From Capsulimonadales bacterium (GTDB lineage Bacteria; Armatimonadota; Armatimonadia; Armatimonadales; Armatimonadaceae), in assembly GCA_033762295.1 (NCBI GenBank), contig JANRLW010000069.1, positions 64,001 to 128,000 on the forward strand: 64,000 bases of DNA, read 5' to 3'. The notes below the pieces were generated by a model, which was given only the letters and a program-made list of their open reading frames with translations, did not search any database and was not told where the DNA came from. Position numbers and translations under genes: made by a program. How positions within the stretch are numbered: the first letter of the stretch is position 1; each line of letters opens with the position of its first letter. Shown here one piece after another: positions 39,510 through 48,815 of the stretch.

Positions 39510-41117
39510 TCAGTAGTAATCGAACTCGGTCACGGAATTCAGATTCGCCTGCAACGCCCCACGAAAGGCGGCCGAACGTTCCCGGAACGCCTGCTGTGCG
39601 TCGGTCGCCTGACGGTATTTCACCGGATCGCCGGATGCCCGGGCGATCTCCTCCGTCAATCGGTACCCGATCGCGGAAATGGCGATACCGACCAGGTTAT
39701 ACAGGACGGTCGGGGTGACGCGGGGATTCTCCCGCACCGTCCACTCCCCGGCGACGGTCGCGCCAAGACCGACAATCAAGGCGCAGTCCTTCTCTGCCGC
39801 CTCGAGATTTCCCTGTTGGCTGTGGAAAAGAGCGATGCCGGAAATAGCCCGCGCCAGACTCCGGAAACGAGCCATCTCCGGAAAGGCTTCCGTATCACGA
39901 AAGGCATAATTCCATGGAACGGCAAGGAGTCGAGGAACGGACGATGCGGCGCGAAGCGGCCGGATCGGTTTGGCGGTTCCCTCACGAACCAGCGCCATCG
40001 CCTGTTCGGCGGTCCGCAGGGCGTCGGCATTCAGGCGATACGGTTTGCGCGGCGCGGTTTCGCCGCCCGGAGGCATCCGCGATTCGTTGTGATACCGTTC
40101 GAAATCGGTCTCCGCGAGAAGGTGATGCGCCTCCAGGAGAGAATGGATTCCGTTGTCCGGATCGAATCGCTTCGCCTGCCGGAGAAACGCCCTGCCTTCG
40201 GGGGTGATCCTCCCGGAGTCGTTCCGCATCGTCAAAAGGTTCGACCGGTAGCGCCCGAACCATAATGCCGGGTTGCGCGGGGCGAGGGCGAGGGATTTTT
40301 GAAAGGCGGCGTCGGCCTCCTTGCCTCCGAGGACCTCTCCGAGGGATTGCCAGTACGTCGCATTCTCCGGAGCGAGGCGAACGGCTTCCCGGAACGCGGC
40401 GACCATTTCGACGTGTTCCGGTTTTTCCGGTTCGGGTGTCTCCGCCGCCTCCGCCGCCTCCGAATCCTCGTTCTGCGGTTCACGAAAACGACTGTATTCC
40501 GGTTCTTCGCCCTCGTTAGCGGCCGGGTACGAATATTCGGCCGGATATTCCATCAGTAGACGCAGACACCAGCCACGGTAGAACGCCACCTCGGCTTTTT
40601 CCCGGTCCGTTCCGGCCTGCTTCCCGGCCCGTTCCCAGGCGGCGCGAGCCTCCTTCCGGAGTGACTCGACCCGTGCGTCATGTCGTTTTCGATCCTCGGG
40701 GGTTTCCAGGATCGGACGCATGTTGTCGTCCTTGCAGAGGAAGACCCGGTGGGGCGGCGGTTCCGGTTTCGGATCGCCGTGTTCCTCGCTGTCCGGGTCC
40801 TTCTGGGCGGCCTCCCATTCGGCCAGTTCTCGCGGGAACCGTTGTTTCGCCGTCGTCAGCAGGAGGGTGAACGCCGCCGCATAGTTCAGACTGGCGTACC
40901 GACCACAGAGCGCGCAGGCGAGCGCCAGCGAAATCCGGTAATCGGTCGGCGAAAGATTTTGCGCCTGCCGGAGCCATCCGGCGATCCGCTCGTAACGCTT
41001 TCCCAGCTTGAGATCATGGCAGGCATCGGCGTAGAGTCGGTCGGCGGTCGGCGCGGGCGGGGCGTCGTCCGGCACCAGAAGCGCCGTCAGGTAAAAACAG
41101 AATTCGCGTCGCAGCAT
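39510..41117 (-). CDS. Hypothetical TPR-like helical protein, possible twin-Arg signal
   Basis: TPR-like segments (AFREAVRLAPENATYWQSLG; KSLALAPRNPALW; DPDNG); N-terminal MLRREF. Confidence 0.7.
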   Translation of the reverse strand: MLRREFCFYLTALLVPDDAPPAPTADRLYADACHDLKLGKRYERIAGWLRQAQNLSPTDYRISLALACALCGRYASLNYAAAFTLLLTTAKQRFPRELAEWEAAQKDPDSEEHGDPKPEPPPHRVFLCKDDNMRPILETPEDRKRHDARVESLRKEARAAWERAGKQAGTDREKAEVAFYRGWCLRLLMEYPAEYSYPAANEGEEPEYSRFREPQNEDSEAAEAAETPEPEKPEHVEMVAAFREAVRLAPENATYWQSLGEVLGGKEADAAFQKSLALAPRNPALWFGRYRSNLLTMRNDSGRITPEGRAFLRQAKRFDPDNGIHSLLEAHHLLAETDFERYHNESRMPPGGETAPRKPYRLNADALRTAEQAMALVREGTAKPIRPLRAASSVPRLLAVPWNYAFRDTEAFPEMARFRSLARAISGIALFHSQQGNLEAAEKDCALIVGLGATVAGEWTVRENPRVTPTVLYNLVGIAISAIGYRLTEEIARASGDPVKYRQATDAQQAFRERSAAFRGALQANLNSVTEFDYY

Positions 41118-41178
41118 ATACCATGAGAACGAAAAATCCGTCCGATGGTAACGGCTCCGCAGCAAATTCGCGGGAGAA

Positions 41179-41934
41179 TTACTCGCCGGAGATACGAGAC
41201 GGGCCGGACGTCGTCGCCGTTACTTTGGGATTGCCTCGATACGAAATGGAGGAGGCGCCGCGGGCGCTCGCCGTCAGGGTATTCTCGACCCGGACGGTCG
41301 CCGCACTGGCGCCGCCGGTATTGACCACGGCGGTTCCGGAGCGCAACTCCCCGCCCTGAAAACGGGATGCGCCGGTGAGGGAGACCGTCTGACGATCGGT
41401 CTGACCGGTGACCCGTACGGTAGATGCCCCGGCCGCTTTCGTTGACAGTTCCCGGACGTCGATTTCGGTGATCTCCGCCTTGCTCGCGCCGACCACGCTG
41501 ACATCCAGAGAATCTCCCCGGAGAGCGGACAGACGGGCGGTCGCGGCGCCGGTCAGCTCGATCCGGTCCAGCTTTTTCGCCGACACCAGGAATCGGACCG
41601 GCCGGGTAGGACGGATCCGGGCATCCTGTTCCAGTCGAATCCGCAGGCAACCGTCCCGGACCTCGCATTCGAACAGCGGACCGAGGTTATCCTCGGCTTC
41701 GACCACCAGTGAATGGTCCGTGCCCTGGACGGCTTCCAGTTCGCCGATGCCGGTCACCTGCACGGCGTGAAAAGCCGTGACCGGGCGGTTCTGCCGGATG
41801 ACGCGACCGGAGCCCTGAATCAGGTCGCGGAGGTAGGCTCCGGCGACCCGCAGCGGTCCGACCATTGCCAGACCGCAAAGGACAAGAACATAGAGTAGGG
41901 CCAGGGATAGGACTGCCTGATGACGAGTTCTCAT
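41179..41934 (-). CDS. DUF2807 / head GIN domain protein
   Basis: Signal/TM, GSGRVIRQNR, VEAEDNL, repeated xGAS beta motifs, ISYRGNP. Confidence 0.85.
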   Translation of the reverse strand: MRTRHQAVLSLALLYVLVLCGLAMVGPLRVAGAYLRDLIQGSGRVIRQNRPVTAFHAVQVTGIGELEAVQGTDHSLVVEAEDNLGPLFECEVRDGCLRIRLEQDARIRPTRPVRFLVSAKKLDRIELTGAATARLSALRGDSLDVSVVGASKAEITEIDVRELSTKAAGASTVRVTGQTDRQTVSLTGASRFQGGELRSGTAVVNTGGASAATVRVENTLTASARGASSISYRGNPKVTATTSGPSRISGE

Positions 41935-42189
41935 GCGGATACCTCTTTCCTTCCGTGCCCGTCCGGCTCGGGTTTTCCTGTCCAATGACGAGGAGCGACG
42001 ATCGAATCCACGAAATGCGCCGAAAATTGTCCTGTGAATAATGAGAGGCATCGACGCCCGAAAACGTTACGGTACGCGGTCGAATTTCGGAATGATTCGC
42101 GCCCCTGCCTGGCGAATGGGTCAACAGCATTCGTATCGAACGTTATTCGTACCGAACGTTACCGATCCTTCGATCATTGAGGAAATGCC

Positions 42190-43161
42190 ATGCCCCTTAT
42201 CGATCTTCCGCCGGAAAAGTTAAAGGAATATCGCGGACGAAACCCGAAGCCCGCCGATTTCGACGCCTACTGGGAGAACGCCCTGGCCGAACTGGCGGCG
42301 ACCGATCCTGACCCGGAACTGAGGCCGGCCGATTTCTCCGCGCCGTTCGCCGAGTGCTTCCACCTGTACTTCACCGGGGTCGGCGGCGCGCGTCTCCACG
42401 CGAAATACCTCCGACCGACATCGCGTCCCGCGCCCGGTCCGGCAATCCTGATGTTCCATGGCTACAGCGGAAACAGCGGGGAGTGGCACGATAAACTATC
42501 GCATGTCGCCCGTGGCTATCAGGTGGCGGCGTTGGATTGCCGTGGGCAGGGCGGACTTTCCGAGGACCCGGGCGGCGTGACCGGGAACACCTTGCGCGGG
42601 CATATCATTCGCGGTCTGAACGACGCCTTGAACGGCCGACCGGAGAAATTGTACTACCGTCAGGTTTTTCTGGACACGGCGCAACTGGCGCGGGTGGTGA
42701 TGGGTTTCGAGGAGACGGACGCGGAGCGTGTCGGGGCGACCGGCGGATCGCAGGGCGGCGCACTGACCCTGGCCTGCGCCGCTTTGACCCCCGGCCTGAA
42801 AAAGGCCGCCTCGGTCTTTCCGTTCCTTTGCGATTACCGGCGCGTTTGGGAGATGGACCTGGCAAAAGGGGCTTACGAGGAACTGAATACTTTTTTCCGC
42901 CTTTTTGATCCGCGTCATGAGCGAGAGGAGGATATCTTCCAGGCCCTCGGGTATATTGATTGCCAGCATCTTGCCGACCGAATCCGTTGCGACCTCCGGA
43001 TGTATGTCGGTCTCATGGACACGATCTGTCCGCCCTCGACGCAGTTCGCCGCCTACAACCGGGTCACCGGCCCGAAGAGCCTGGTCGTCTATCCCGATTT
43101 CGGCCATGAAGGGCTTCCGGGCAGCGGGGACTCCATTTATACGTATTTTAGCGATCTTTAA
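42190..43161 (+). CDS. Acetylxylan esterase / cephalosporin-C deacetylase (CE7)
   Basis: PADFDAYW, FHGY, DCRGQGG, nucleophile GGSQGG, D.ICPPSTQFA.YN, GHE. Confidence 0.92.
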   Translation: MPLIDLPPEKLKEYRGRNPKPADFDAYWENALAELAATDPDPELRPADFSAPFAECFHLYFTGVGGARLHAKYLRPTSRPAPGPAILMFHGYSGNSGEWHDKLSHVARGYQVAALDCRGQGGLSEDPGGVTGNTLRGHIIRGLNDALNGRPEKLYYRQVFLDTAQLARVVMGFEETDAERVGATGGSQGGALTLACAALTPGLKKAASVFPFLCDYRRVWEMDLAKGAYEELNTFFRLFDPRHEREEDIFQALGYIDCQHLADRIRCDLRMYVGLMDTICPPSTQFAAYNRVTGPKSLVVYPDFGHEGLPGSGDSIYTYFSDL

Positions 43162-43239
43162 ACGGCGATCGCGGACCGGGCTTCGGGACGCCGGACGGCA
43201 ATCTCCGGGAAATGCCGTATACTGGAGCTAGGGTAACGA

Positions 43240-45177
43240 ATGCGGTTTCAACAGTGGAAAGAGACGGAAACACGCAACTACACGTCCGCCGGTGCCTCCA
43301 CGCCTGCGCGCCTGTCGTGGCCGGATGCGGTTGCGTACCAGGAATCCATTCAAAATCCTTCCTTCTCCCTGACGGACGCCGCCTTTCAAAATGCCCGGGT
43401 TCATACCGATCGGCGCGGCCTGCCGGTTACCTATGCCGGTCGTTTCGCCGTCGTCTTCCGTCTGCAAACCGAGGATGGCGAACCCTGGGCGTTGCGGTGT
43501 TTCACAACGCCCGGCGATGGGGACGGCACCGCCCGCGCAGCCCGTTACCAGTTGATTCAGAAATATGCCGAAGCGCACCGGAATATCTTCGTTCCGTTTC
43601 GCTACATGGAGCGAGGCATCAAGGTCGGGCGTCACTTCTATCCGGCGCTCGCCATGCGCTGGGCCTCGGGCGAGCCCCTCGGACGCTGGATCGAGAACCA
43701 TCGGTCGAACCCGGAAGCGTTGCGCACCCTTTGCGGTTCGCTCTCCGCACTGCTCGCGAAACTCGAAGCGGAGGGAATCGCGCATGGCGACTGGCAGCAT
43801 GACAACCTGCTGGTGGCCGACGAGGGACGGCGACTGACCCTGGTCGATTACGACGGGATGTTCGTCCCCGAACTCGCCGGACAACGAAGCGAGGAGATCG
43901 GGCATCCCAACTACCAGCACCCGGCCCGGACCGCCGATCACTTCGGTCCCGGTCTCGATCGGTTCGCCTGTCTGGTCATCCAGACTTCCCTGCTCGGAAT
44001 TGCCGGGAACGCGGAACTGTGGGATAAGTACTCGGACGGCGAATCCCTGCTGTTCCAGCGATCCGATTTCGTGAATCCCGGCGAATCACCGGTTTTCGTG
44101 GAACTGAAAGCGCTGGCGGAACTGGATCAGGACGAACTCCTGGCCGATGCCGTCGCGCGTCTGGAGGACGCCTGTCACGCCGGGGCGATGAGCACACTGC
44201 TGCCGGGAATCGATGTGCCCACCGAGGAACTCGATTCCAAAACGTACGATCCGATCAGGCTGGCGTCCGCATGGGTGGAATCGGTCAAATCGGAGATGAC
44301 GTTCGATCCGAAGACGACGGTCGTCGGGAACTCGGTCGGCCCGCGGCAATGGTGGACACTGCCGGAGGTCGTCAAATCCAATGTCAGCCAGACGTCTGCC
44401 GCGCGTCCCCGCATCGTCGCCGTCGCAACGCAGGAGTCGTTCGACTATATCGAACGCGCTCATTCGGTCGAAACCCTGCGGGCTGAGGAGAATCACCTGA
44501 ACTCCTGGCGGTTCGGACTCGCCCTTTGCATCGTGGTGACCCTCGCTCTGGTTTTCGCGCAGAACAACGGACTGCGCTTTTTCCTGGCCGGTCCCCTGTT
44601 CGCTTTACTGGTGAACCTGGGCTCTCTGGGCTTTTCGCGCTGGCCCCGAAAGATGATTTACGACGAACTGACACTCGAAATCGAAAAGATGAACGATCTG
44701 ATCGATAAGCGAAAACGCCAGATCGCGGATAAGGGCGGCCAACTCGCCAGTTCCGGAATGACGAATGTCAGCGACTTCGTTCAGGAGAAGATGCGTCAGA
44801 CGTCGATCAACCGCGTACTGACGGTGCCCGGTGTCAAGGTGTCGACTCTGCGCGTCCTGCGCGAGGCGGGCATCGACAATGCCCAGGACCTCCTGAAGCG
44901 CGGAACGGTGAACGGAATTCCACCGCACCAGATGACGGCCCTGTTGAACTGGTGTCAGGAGCGCGAGGACGAAGCCGCGGCCGAGTACCGGAAAAATATG
45001 GGCGGCGGTCGGTATGCGCCGGCCGAGGTGTCACGGTTGCGGCACGAAGTCGCAGAGTTCGAGCGGCATCTGGCTCACCTGAAGCGGGAACGGGACAACT
45101 TCCCGGAGACGTCTTTCCGGACCTATGTCCGACGTCTTTTCGGTGTGGAAGGGACCACCGCGAACTCCCAACCCTGA
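43240..45177 (+). CDS. Atypical membrane Ser/Thr kinase A (YegI/TerY-P-like) with 2 TM, coiled coil and HhH-like region
   Basis: AGRFAVVF, WALRCF, HGDWQHDN, LVDYDGM, GHPNYQHP, DRF; two hydrophobic helices; VPGVKVSTLRVLREAGIDNAQDL. Confidence 0.85.
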   Translation: MRFQQWKETETRNYTSAGASTPARLSWPDAVAYQESIQNPSFSLTDAAFQNARVHTDRRGLPVTYAGRFAVVFRLQTEDGEPWALRCFTTPGDGDGTARAARYQLIQKYAEAHRNIFVPFRYMERGIKVGRHFYPALAMRWASGEPLGRWIENHRSNPEALRTLCGSLSALLAKLEAEGIAHGDWQHDNLLVADEGRRLTLVDYDGMFVPELAGQRSEEIGHPNYQHPARTADHFGPGLDRFACLVIQTSLLGIAGNAELWDKYSDGESLLFQRSDFVNPGESPVFVELKALAELDQDELLADAVARLEDACHAGAMSTLLPGIDVPTEELDSKTYDPIRLASAWVESVKSEMTFDPKTTVVGNSVGPRQWWTLPEVVKSNVSQTSAARPRIVAVATQESFDYIERAHSVETLRAEENHLNSWRFGLALCIVVTLALVFAQNNGLRFFLAGPLFALLVNLGSLGFSRWPRKMIYDELTLEIEKMNDLIDKRKRQIADKGGQLASSGMTNVSDFVQEKMRQTSINRVLTVPGVKVSTLRVLREAGIDNAQDLLKRGTVNGIPPHQMTALLNWCQEREDEAAAEYRKNMGGGRYAPAEVSRLRHEVAEFERHLAHLKRERDNFPETSFRTYVRRLFGVEGTTANSQP

Positions 45178-45228
45178 GAGGCGACCGGCGGCCCGAACGC
45201 GGTCGCGGGAACGAAGGAGACCGATTCG

Positions 45229-47124
45229 ATGCTGCGTCTGAACGAGCCGGAAACGCTGACGACCTCCCTTCCGCGGACGGAAACCTCGGTAACCGAATCC
45301 GGCGTTTCCGAGCCTGCGGTGGAGAAGTGGCCCGACGCCGTCGCCTACCTGGAGGCGATTCAGAATCCCGCGGATTGCCTGGACGACCCCGCATTGTACG
45401 GAGCCACCGTTACGATGAACCGGAGGGGGCTGCCGCTGGCGTATACCGGACGGTTTGCCGTGGTTTTTCGGCTGGCGGCCACGGACAGCACGGTCTGGGC
45501 GTTGCGCTGTTTCACCTCCTCGCCGGAGGGGGAAGCCATGCGCAGCCTGCGCTACGCCGCCCTCTTGCCGCGCCTCAGGGATCGTCGTATCTCGGACCTG
45601 TTCGTTCCCTTTCGTTATCTGCCGGACGGCATCAAGGTCGGAAGAAGCGTCTATCCGGCGCTCGTCATGGGCTGGGCGGCGGGCGAACCGATCGGCGCCT
45701 GGGTGGAGAAGCATCGGAACGATCCGTCCGCCCTGCTGACGCTCGCCGCGACCCTCAGCGACGTTCTGGCGCGTTTGAATGCGGCGGGCATCTCCCACGG
45801 TGACTGGCAGCATGACAATCTGCTCGTGTCGGAGAACGGACGCCGTGTGACGCTGGTCGATTACGACGGAATGTATGTCCCGGAACTCCACGGCATGCCG
45901 CCGGCCGAGAGGGGCCATCCGAACTACCAGAATCCGAACCGGGAAGGTCGGGATTACGGGCCGGAACTGGATCATTTCTCCTGTCTCCTCATTCAGACCG
46001 CGCTGGTGACCCTGGCCGTCGAACCGACCCTCTGGGATTCGTTCTGCGATGGCGACGCCCTTGTGTTTCATCAGCAGGACCTCGAGGACCCCGCCCGTTC
46101 GGACGCGTTTTCCACCGTTCGACTGATCGCCGAACAGGAACGCGACCTGATTCCTCTGCTTCAGGAGCTGGAGAGCGCGTGCTGGGCGGGCGCCATTCCG
46201 CCGGCGATACCTCGTACCGTGTTCGAGAAGATCGCGGCCCGGCGCGGTCTCGTGCTGGGCCGGTCGGAGATGCGATCGGAACCGCTCTCCGCATCGCCGG
46301 TGCGGACCGAGGAGGAACCGGTGGTCAACGCCCCGCTGGTGACCATCGGAGCGGAAACCGAACTGGCTCCCGTCGTTACCCGTGGACGGCAATGGTTCGA
46401 CGCGATTCGTGGCGCGTTGCGCCGCCAGAAAGTGCGGGAGGGAATCCACCGGGTGAGCGCACTGTCGTTCTACGGCGGGATGACCGTTCTCTGGATCGAC
46501 CCGAACCTGCTGCCCTTTCTCCAATCGGGCGCCGATTCGTTCGGTTTTCGCTTTCTTTCGATGTTCCTGCTTCCGGCGGGAACGGCGGTGACGTACTTTC
46601 TCTGGCCCCGAAACCTGGATGGTATCGAAGTGACGGAGGCCATCGCACGGACCACGGATCAACTTCAGGTCAATTACGACGAACTGATCCGAAGCCGAAA
46701 CAGTTTTCACGAATTGAACCGGAATCCGGCGAATCTTTCGGCCGTTGCCTTTGTCGCCGCCCGACTCAAGACCCTGTCCATCGAGGAGTTTCGAAACGAA
46801 CTGCGATTAACTCCGGAGGAATGGCAGTTTTTGAACGATCGTCAGATCGGATCGCTGGCCGATATCTCCACACAGAGCATCGCCGAGATGTCCGGCGGGG
46901 CGCGGGAACAGTTAAAATCCGTCCGGCAATCGGCGATGCAGGCCGCGCGCAACGATTACGAACAGGTGGCCAACACGCGCCGCGCCTTACGGCGTGAGTC
47001 GGAGGAACTGGAACGGGAACGACAAGGACTCCAGGGGGTTCATGACGAACTGAATCAGCGATTGTCGCAGATGGGGGAGGAAAACCTCCTTCAATTCTTC
47101 GTCTCGTTGTTCCGTTTCCGATAG
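45229..47124 (+). CDS. Atypical membrane Ser/Thr kinase B, paralog of kinase A
   Basis: TGRFAVVF, WALRCF, HGDWQHDN, LVDYDGM, GHPNYQNP, DHF; same TM/coiled-coil layout. Confidence 0.85.
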   Translation: MLRLNEPETLTTSLPRTETSVTESGVSEPAVEKWPDAVAYLEAIQNPADCLDDPALYGATVTMNRRGLPLAYTGRFAVVFRLAATDSTVWALRCFTSSPEGEAMRSLRYAALLPRLRDRRISDLFVPFRYLPDGIKVGRSVYPALVMGWAAGEPIGAWVEKHRNDPSALLTLAATLSDVLARLNAAGISHGDWQHDNLLVSENGRRVTLVDYDGMYVPELHGMPPAERGHPNYQNPNREGRDYGPELDHFSCLLIQTALVTLAVEPTLWDSFCDGDALVFHQQDLEDPARSDAFSTVRLIAEQERDLIPLLQELESACWAGAIPPAIPRTVFEKIAARRGLVLGRSEMRSEPLSASPVRTEEEPVVNAPLVTIGAETELAPVVTRGRQWFDAIRGALRRQKVREGIHRVSALSFYGGMTVLWIDPNLLPFLQSGADSFGFRFLSMFLLPAGTAVTYFLWPRNLDGIEVTEAIARTTDQLQVNYDELIRSRNSFHELNRNPANLSAVAFVAARLKTLSIEEFRNELRLTPEEWQFLNDRQIGSLADISTQSIAEMSGGAREQLKSVRQSAMQAARNDYEQVANTRRALRRESEELERERQGLQGVHDELNQRLSQMGEENLLQFFVSLFRFR

Positions 47125-47189
47125 AAGGAAGATTGCGCCGCGCGTCCGACCGATTTGGCGGCACGAAGTAACCGAGGATACAATACCGT

Positions 47190-48026
47190 ATGCCCTATTC
47201 AGCCGAAATCAACCGCGCCAAACCGACCGCCTTCTTCTTTCTCATCGATCAGAGCGGGTCGATGGACGATGCCTGGGGGATCGATGCGGGAAAGCGGAAA
47301 TGCGACGCGGTTGCGGACGCCATCAATCGTCTTCTTTCCACGCTGGTACTGCGTTGCGCCAAAGGCGAGGACGTTCGCGATTATTTTCAGGTCGGCGTGA
47401 TCGGCTACGGCGGTTCGGTGCGAAGCGGATTCAGCGGCGTTCTGGCGAACCGTCAGTTCGTCCCGATCTCGGAGATTGCCGACAATCCCCTGCGGGTCGA
47501 GCAGCGAACCCGCAAGGAGGAGGACGGCACGGGCGGCCTGGTGGAACGAACGGTGCGTTTTCCCGTCTGGTTCGAACCGAGCGCCAATGGCAATACGCCG
47601 ATGACGGCGGCGGTGGAGGAGGCGGCGCGGGCGGTACGCGCCTGGTGCGAATTGTACCCACTCTCGTATCCGCCGGTGGTCATCAACATCTCCGACGGGG
47701 AACCGACCGACGGCAGCCCGGTCTATGCCTCCGAACAGCTCAAACAGATCCGTACCAACGACGGCAACGTGCTGTTTTTCAATATACATATCTCCGGCCT
47801 GGCGAAGCGTCCGATCGAATTTCCGGATACGCAGGTTGGCCTGCCGGATGAGTTCGCCCAGCGACTTTTCGAAATGAGTAGCCAGCTGCCGCCGAGACTG
47901 GTCGACGAGGCACGGCGCGAAGGGTTTTCGGTGACCAACAACTCGCGCGGATTCGCCTTCAACGCCGACCTTCGGGCGCTGGTGCAGTTCCTCGATATCG
48001 GTACCCGCACTTCGGAGCTACGGTAA
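47190..48026 (+). CDS. vWA domain protein (TerY/YegL-like)
   Basis: MIDAS DQSGS, GNTPM, ISDGEPTD; C-terminal FLDIGT. Confidence 0.9.
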   Translation: MPYSAEINRAKPTAFFFLIDQSGSMDDAWGIDAGKRKCDAVADAINRLLSTLVLRCAKGEDVRDYFQVGVIGYGGSVRSGFSGVLANRQFVPISEIADNPLRVEQRTRKEEDGTGGLVERTVRFPVWFEPSANGNTPMTAAVEEAARAVRAWCELYPLSYPPVVINISDGEPTDGSPVYASEQLKQIRTNDGNVLFFNIHISGLAKRPIEFPDTQVGLPDEFAQRLFEMSSQLPPRLVDEARREGFSVTNNSRGFAFNADLRALVQFLDIGTRTSELR

Positions 48027-48031
48027 AGCCA

Positions 48032-48772
48032 ATGTCGGCCCTTTCCGATCCTCCCCGAACGAACCTGCGTACGCTTTTCGCTCCGAAAGACGGGAACACG
48101 GAAGCGCAATACGAGGATGCGTCGGCCTGTACGCCGACGGATCTGCCGGTTTTCACGGTCGCGGTCGCGGATGGTGCCTCCTCCGCCGTCTATGCAAGGG
48201 ATTGGGCGCAGCGACTCGTCGGGCATTTCACCGAACACCCGTTTCCGGTCGGAGATGCGGACGTCTGGCGCGCCGTGGCCCTGGAAGGCGCGGCATGGCT
48301 TCGGTCGGTGGAGGAGCGGGCGACGACCTGGCACGCCCAGGAGAAGATTGAGAACGGCTCCGAAGCGACCCTGCTGGTCGTGACATTCGACCGCGAACGA
48401 CTGCTCTGGGAGGCGCGTTCGATCGGGGATAACTGCGTCTTTCTGGTGCGGCGAAACAAACTCCGCTACGCCTTTCCGCTGACGAAATCCACGAAGTTTG
48501 ATGATCGGCCGCCGCTGGTTTCCACACGGGCCGGGCAGATGCGCAAACTGCCGCCCGTGGTACGTTACAGCGAAAAGTTCGAGTCCGGGGATCGTTTTCT
48601 CTTCATGACCGACGCGCTGGCGAGCTGGTTCCTCGCCGAGTTCGAAGCGAAGCGCAAACCCTGGAACCAGTTGCCGGAAACTCCGGAAGCGTTCCGAACC
48701 TTTCTGAAAACGGAACGGGACGCCGGACGCCTGAAGAACGACGACGTCACCCTGATCGATCTGCTGGTCTGA
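48032..48772 (+). CDS. PP2C-family protein phosphatase (YegK-like)
   Basis: YEDA, AVADGASS, IGDN, MTDAL, NDDVTL; 5 nt after the vWA stop. Confidence 0.88.
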   Translation: MSALSDPPRTNLRTLFAPKDGNTEAQYEDASACTPTDLPVFTVAVADGASSAVYARDWAQRLVGHFTEHPFPVGDADVWRAVALEGAAWLRSVEERATTWHAQEKIENGSEATLLVVTFDRERLLWEARSIGDNCVFLVRRNKLRYAFPLTKSTKFDDRPPLVSTRAGQMRKLPPVVRYSEKFESGDRFLFMTDALASWFLAEFEAKRKPWNQLPETPEAFRTFLKTERDAGRLKNDDVTLIDLLV

Positions 48773-48779
48773 GCGTCCG

Positions 48780-48815
48780 GACTACTCCGACCACCCCCGA
48801 CTACCCCGACTACCC
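48780..48815. repeat. Degenerate ~9-bp tandem repeat, 4 copies (GACTACCCC-like)
   Basis: gactactcc gaccacccc c gactacccc gactaccc; the last copy contains the stop codon of the convergent gene. Confidence 0.7.

Noticed and set aside
43162..48809. Kinase cassette as part of a mobile element or prophage
   Set aside because: No integrase, transposase, att-like direct repeats or obvious compositional shift could be seen.
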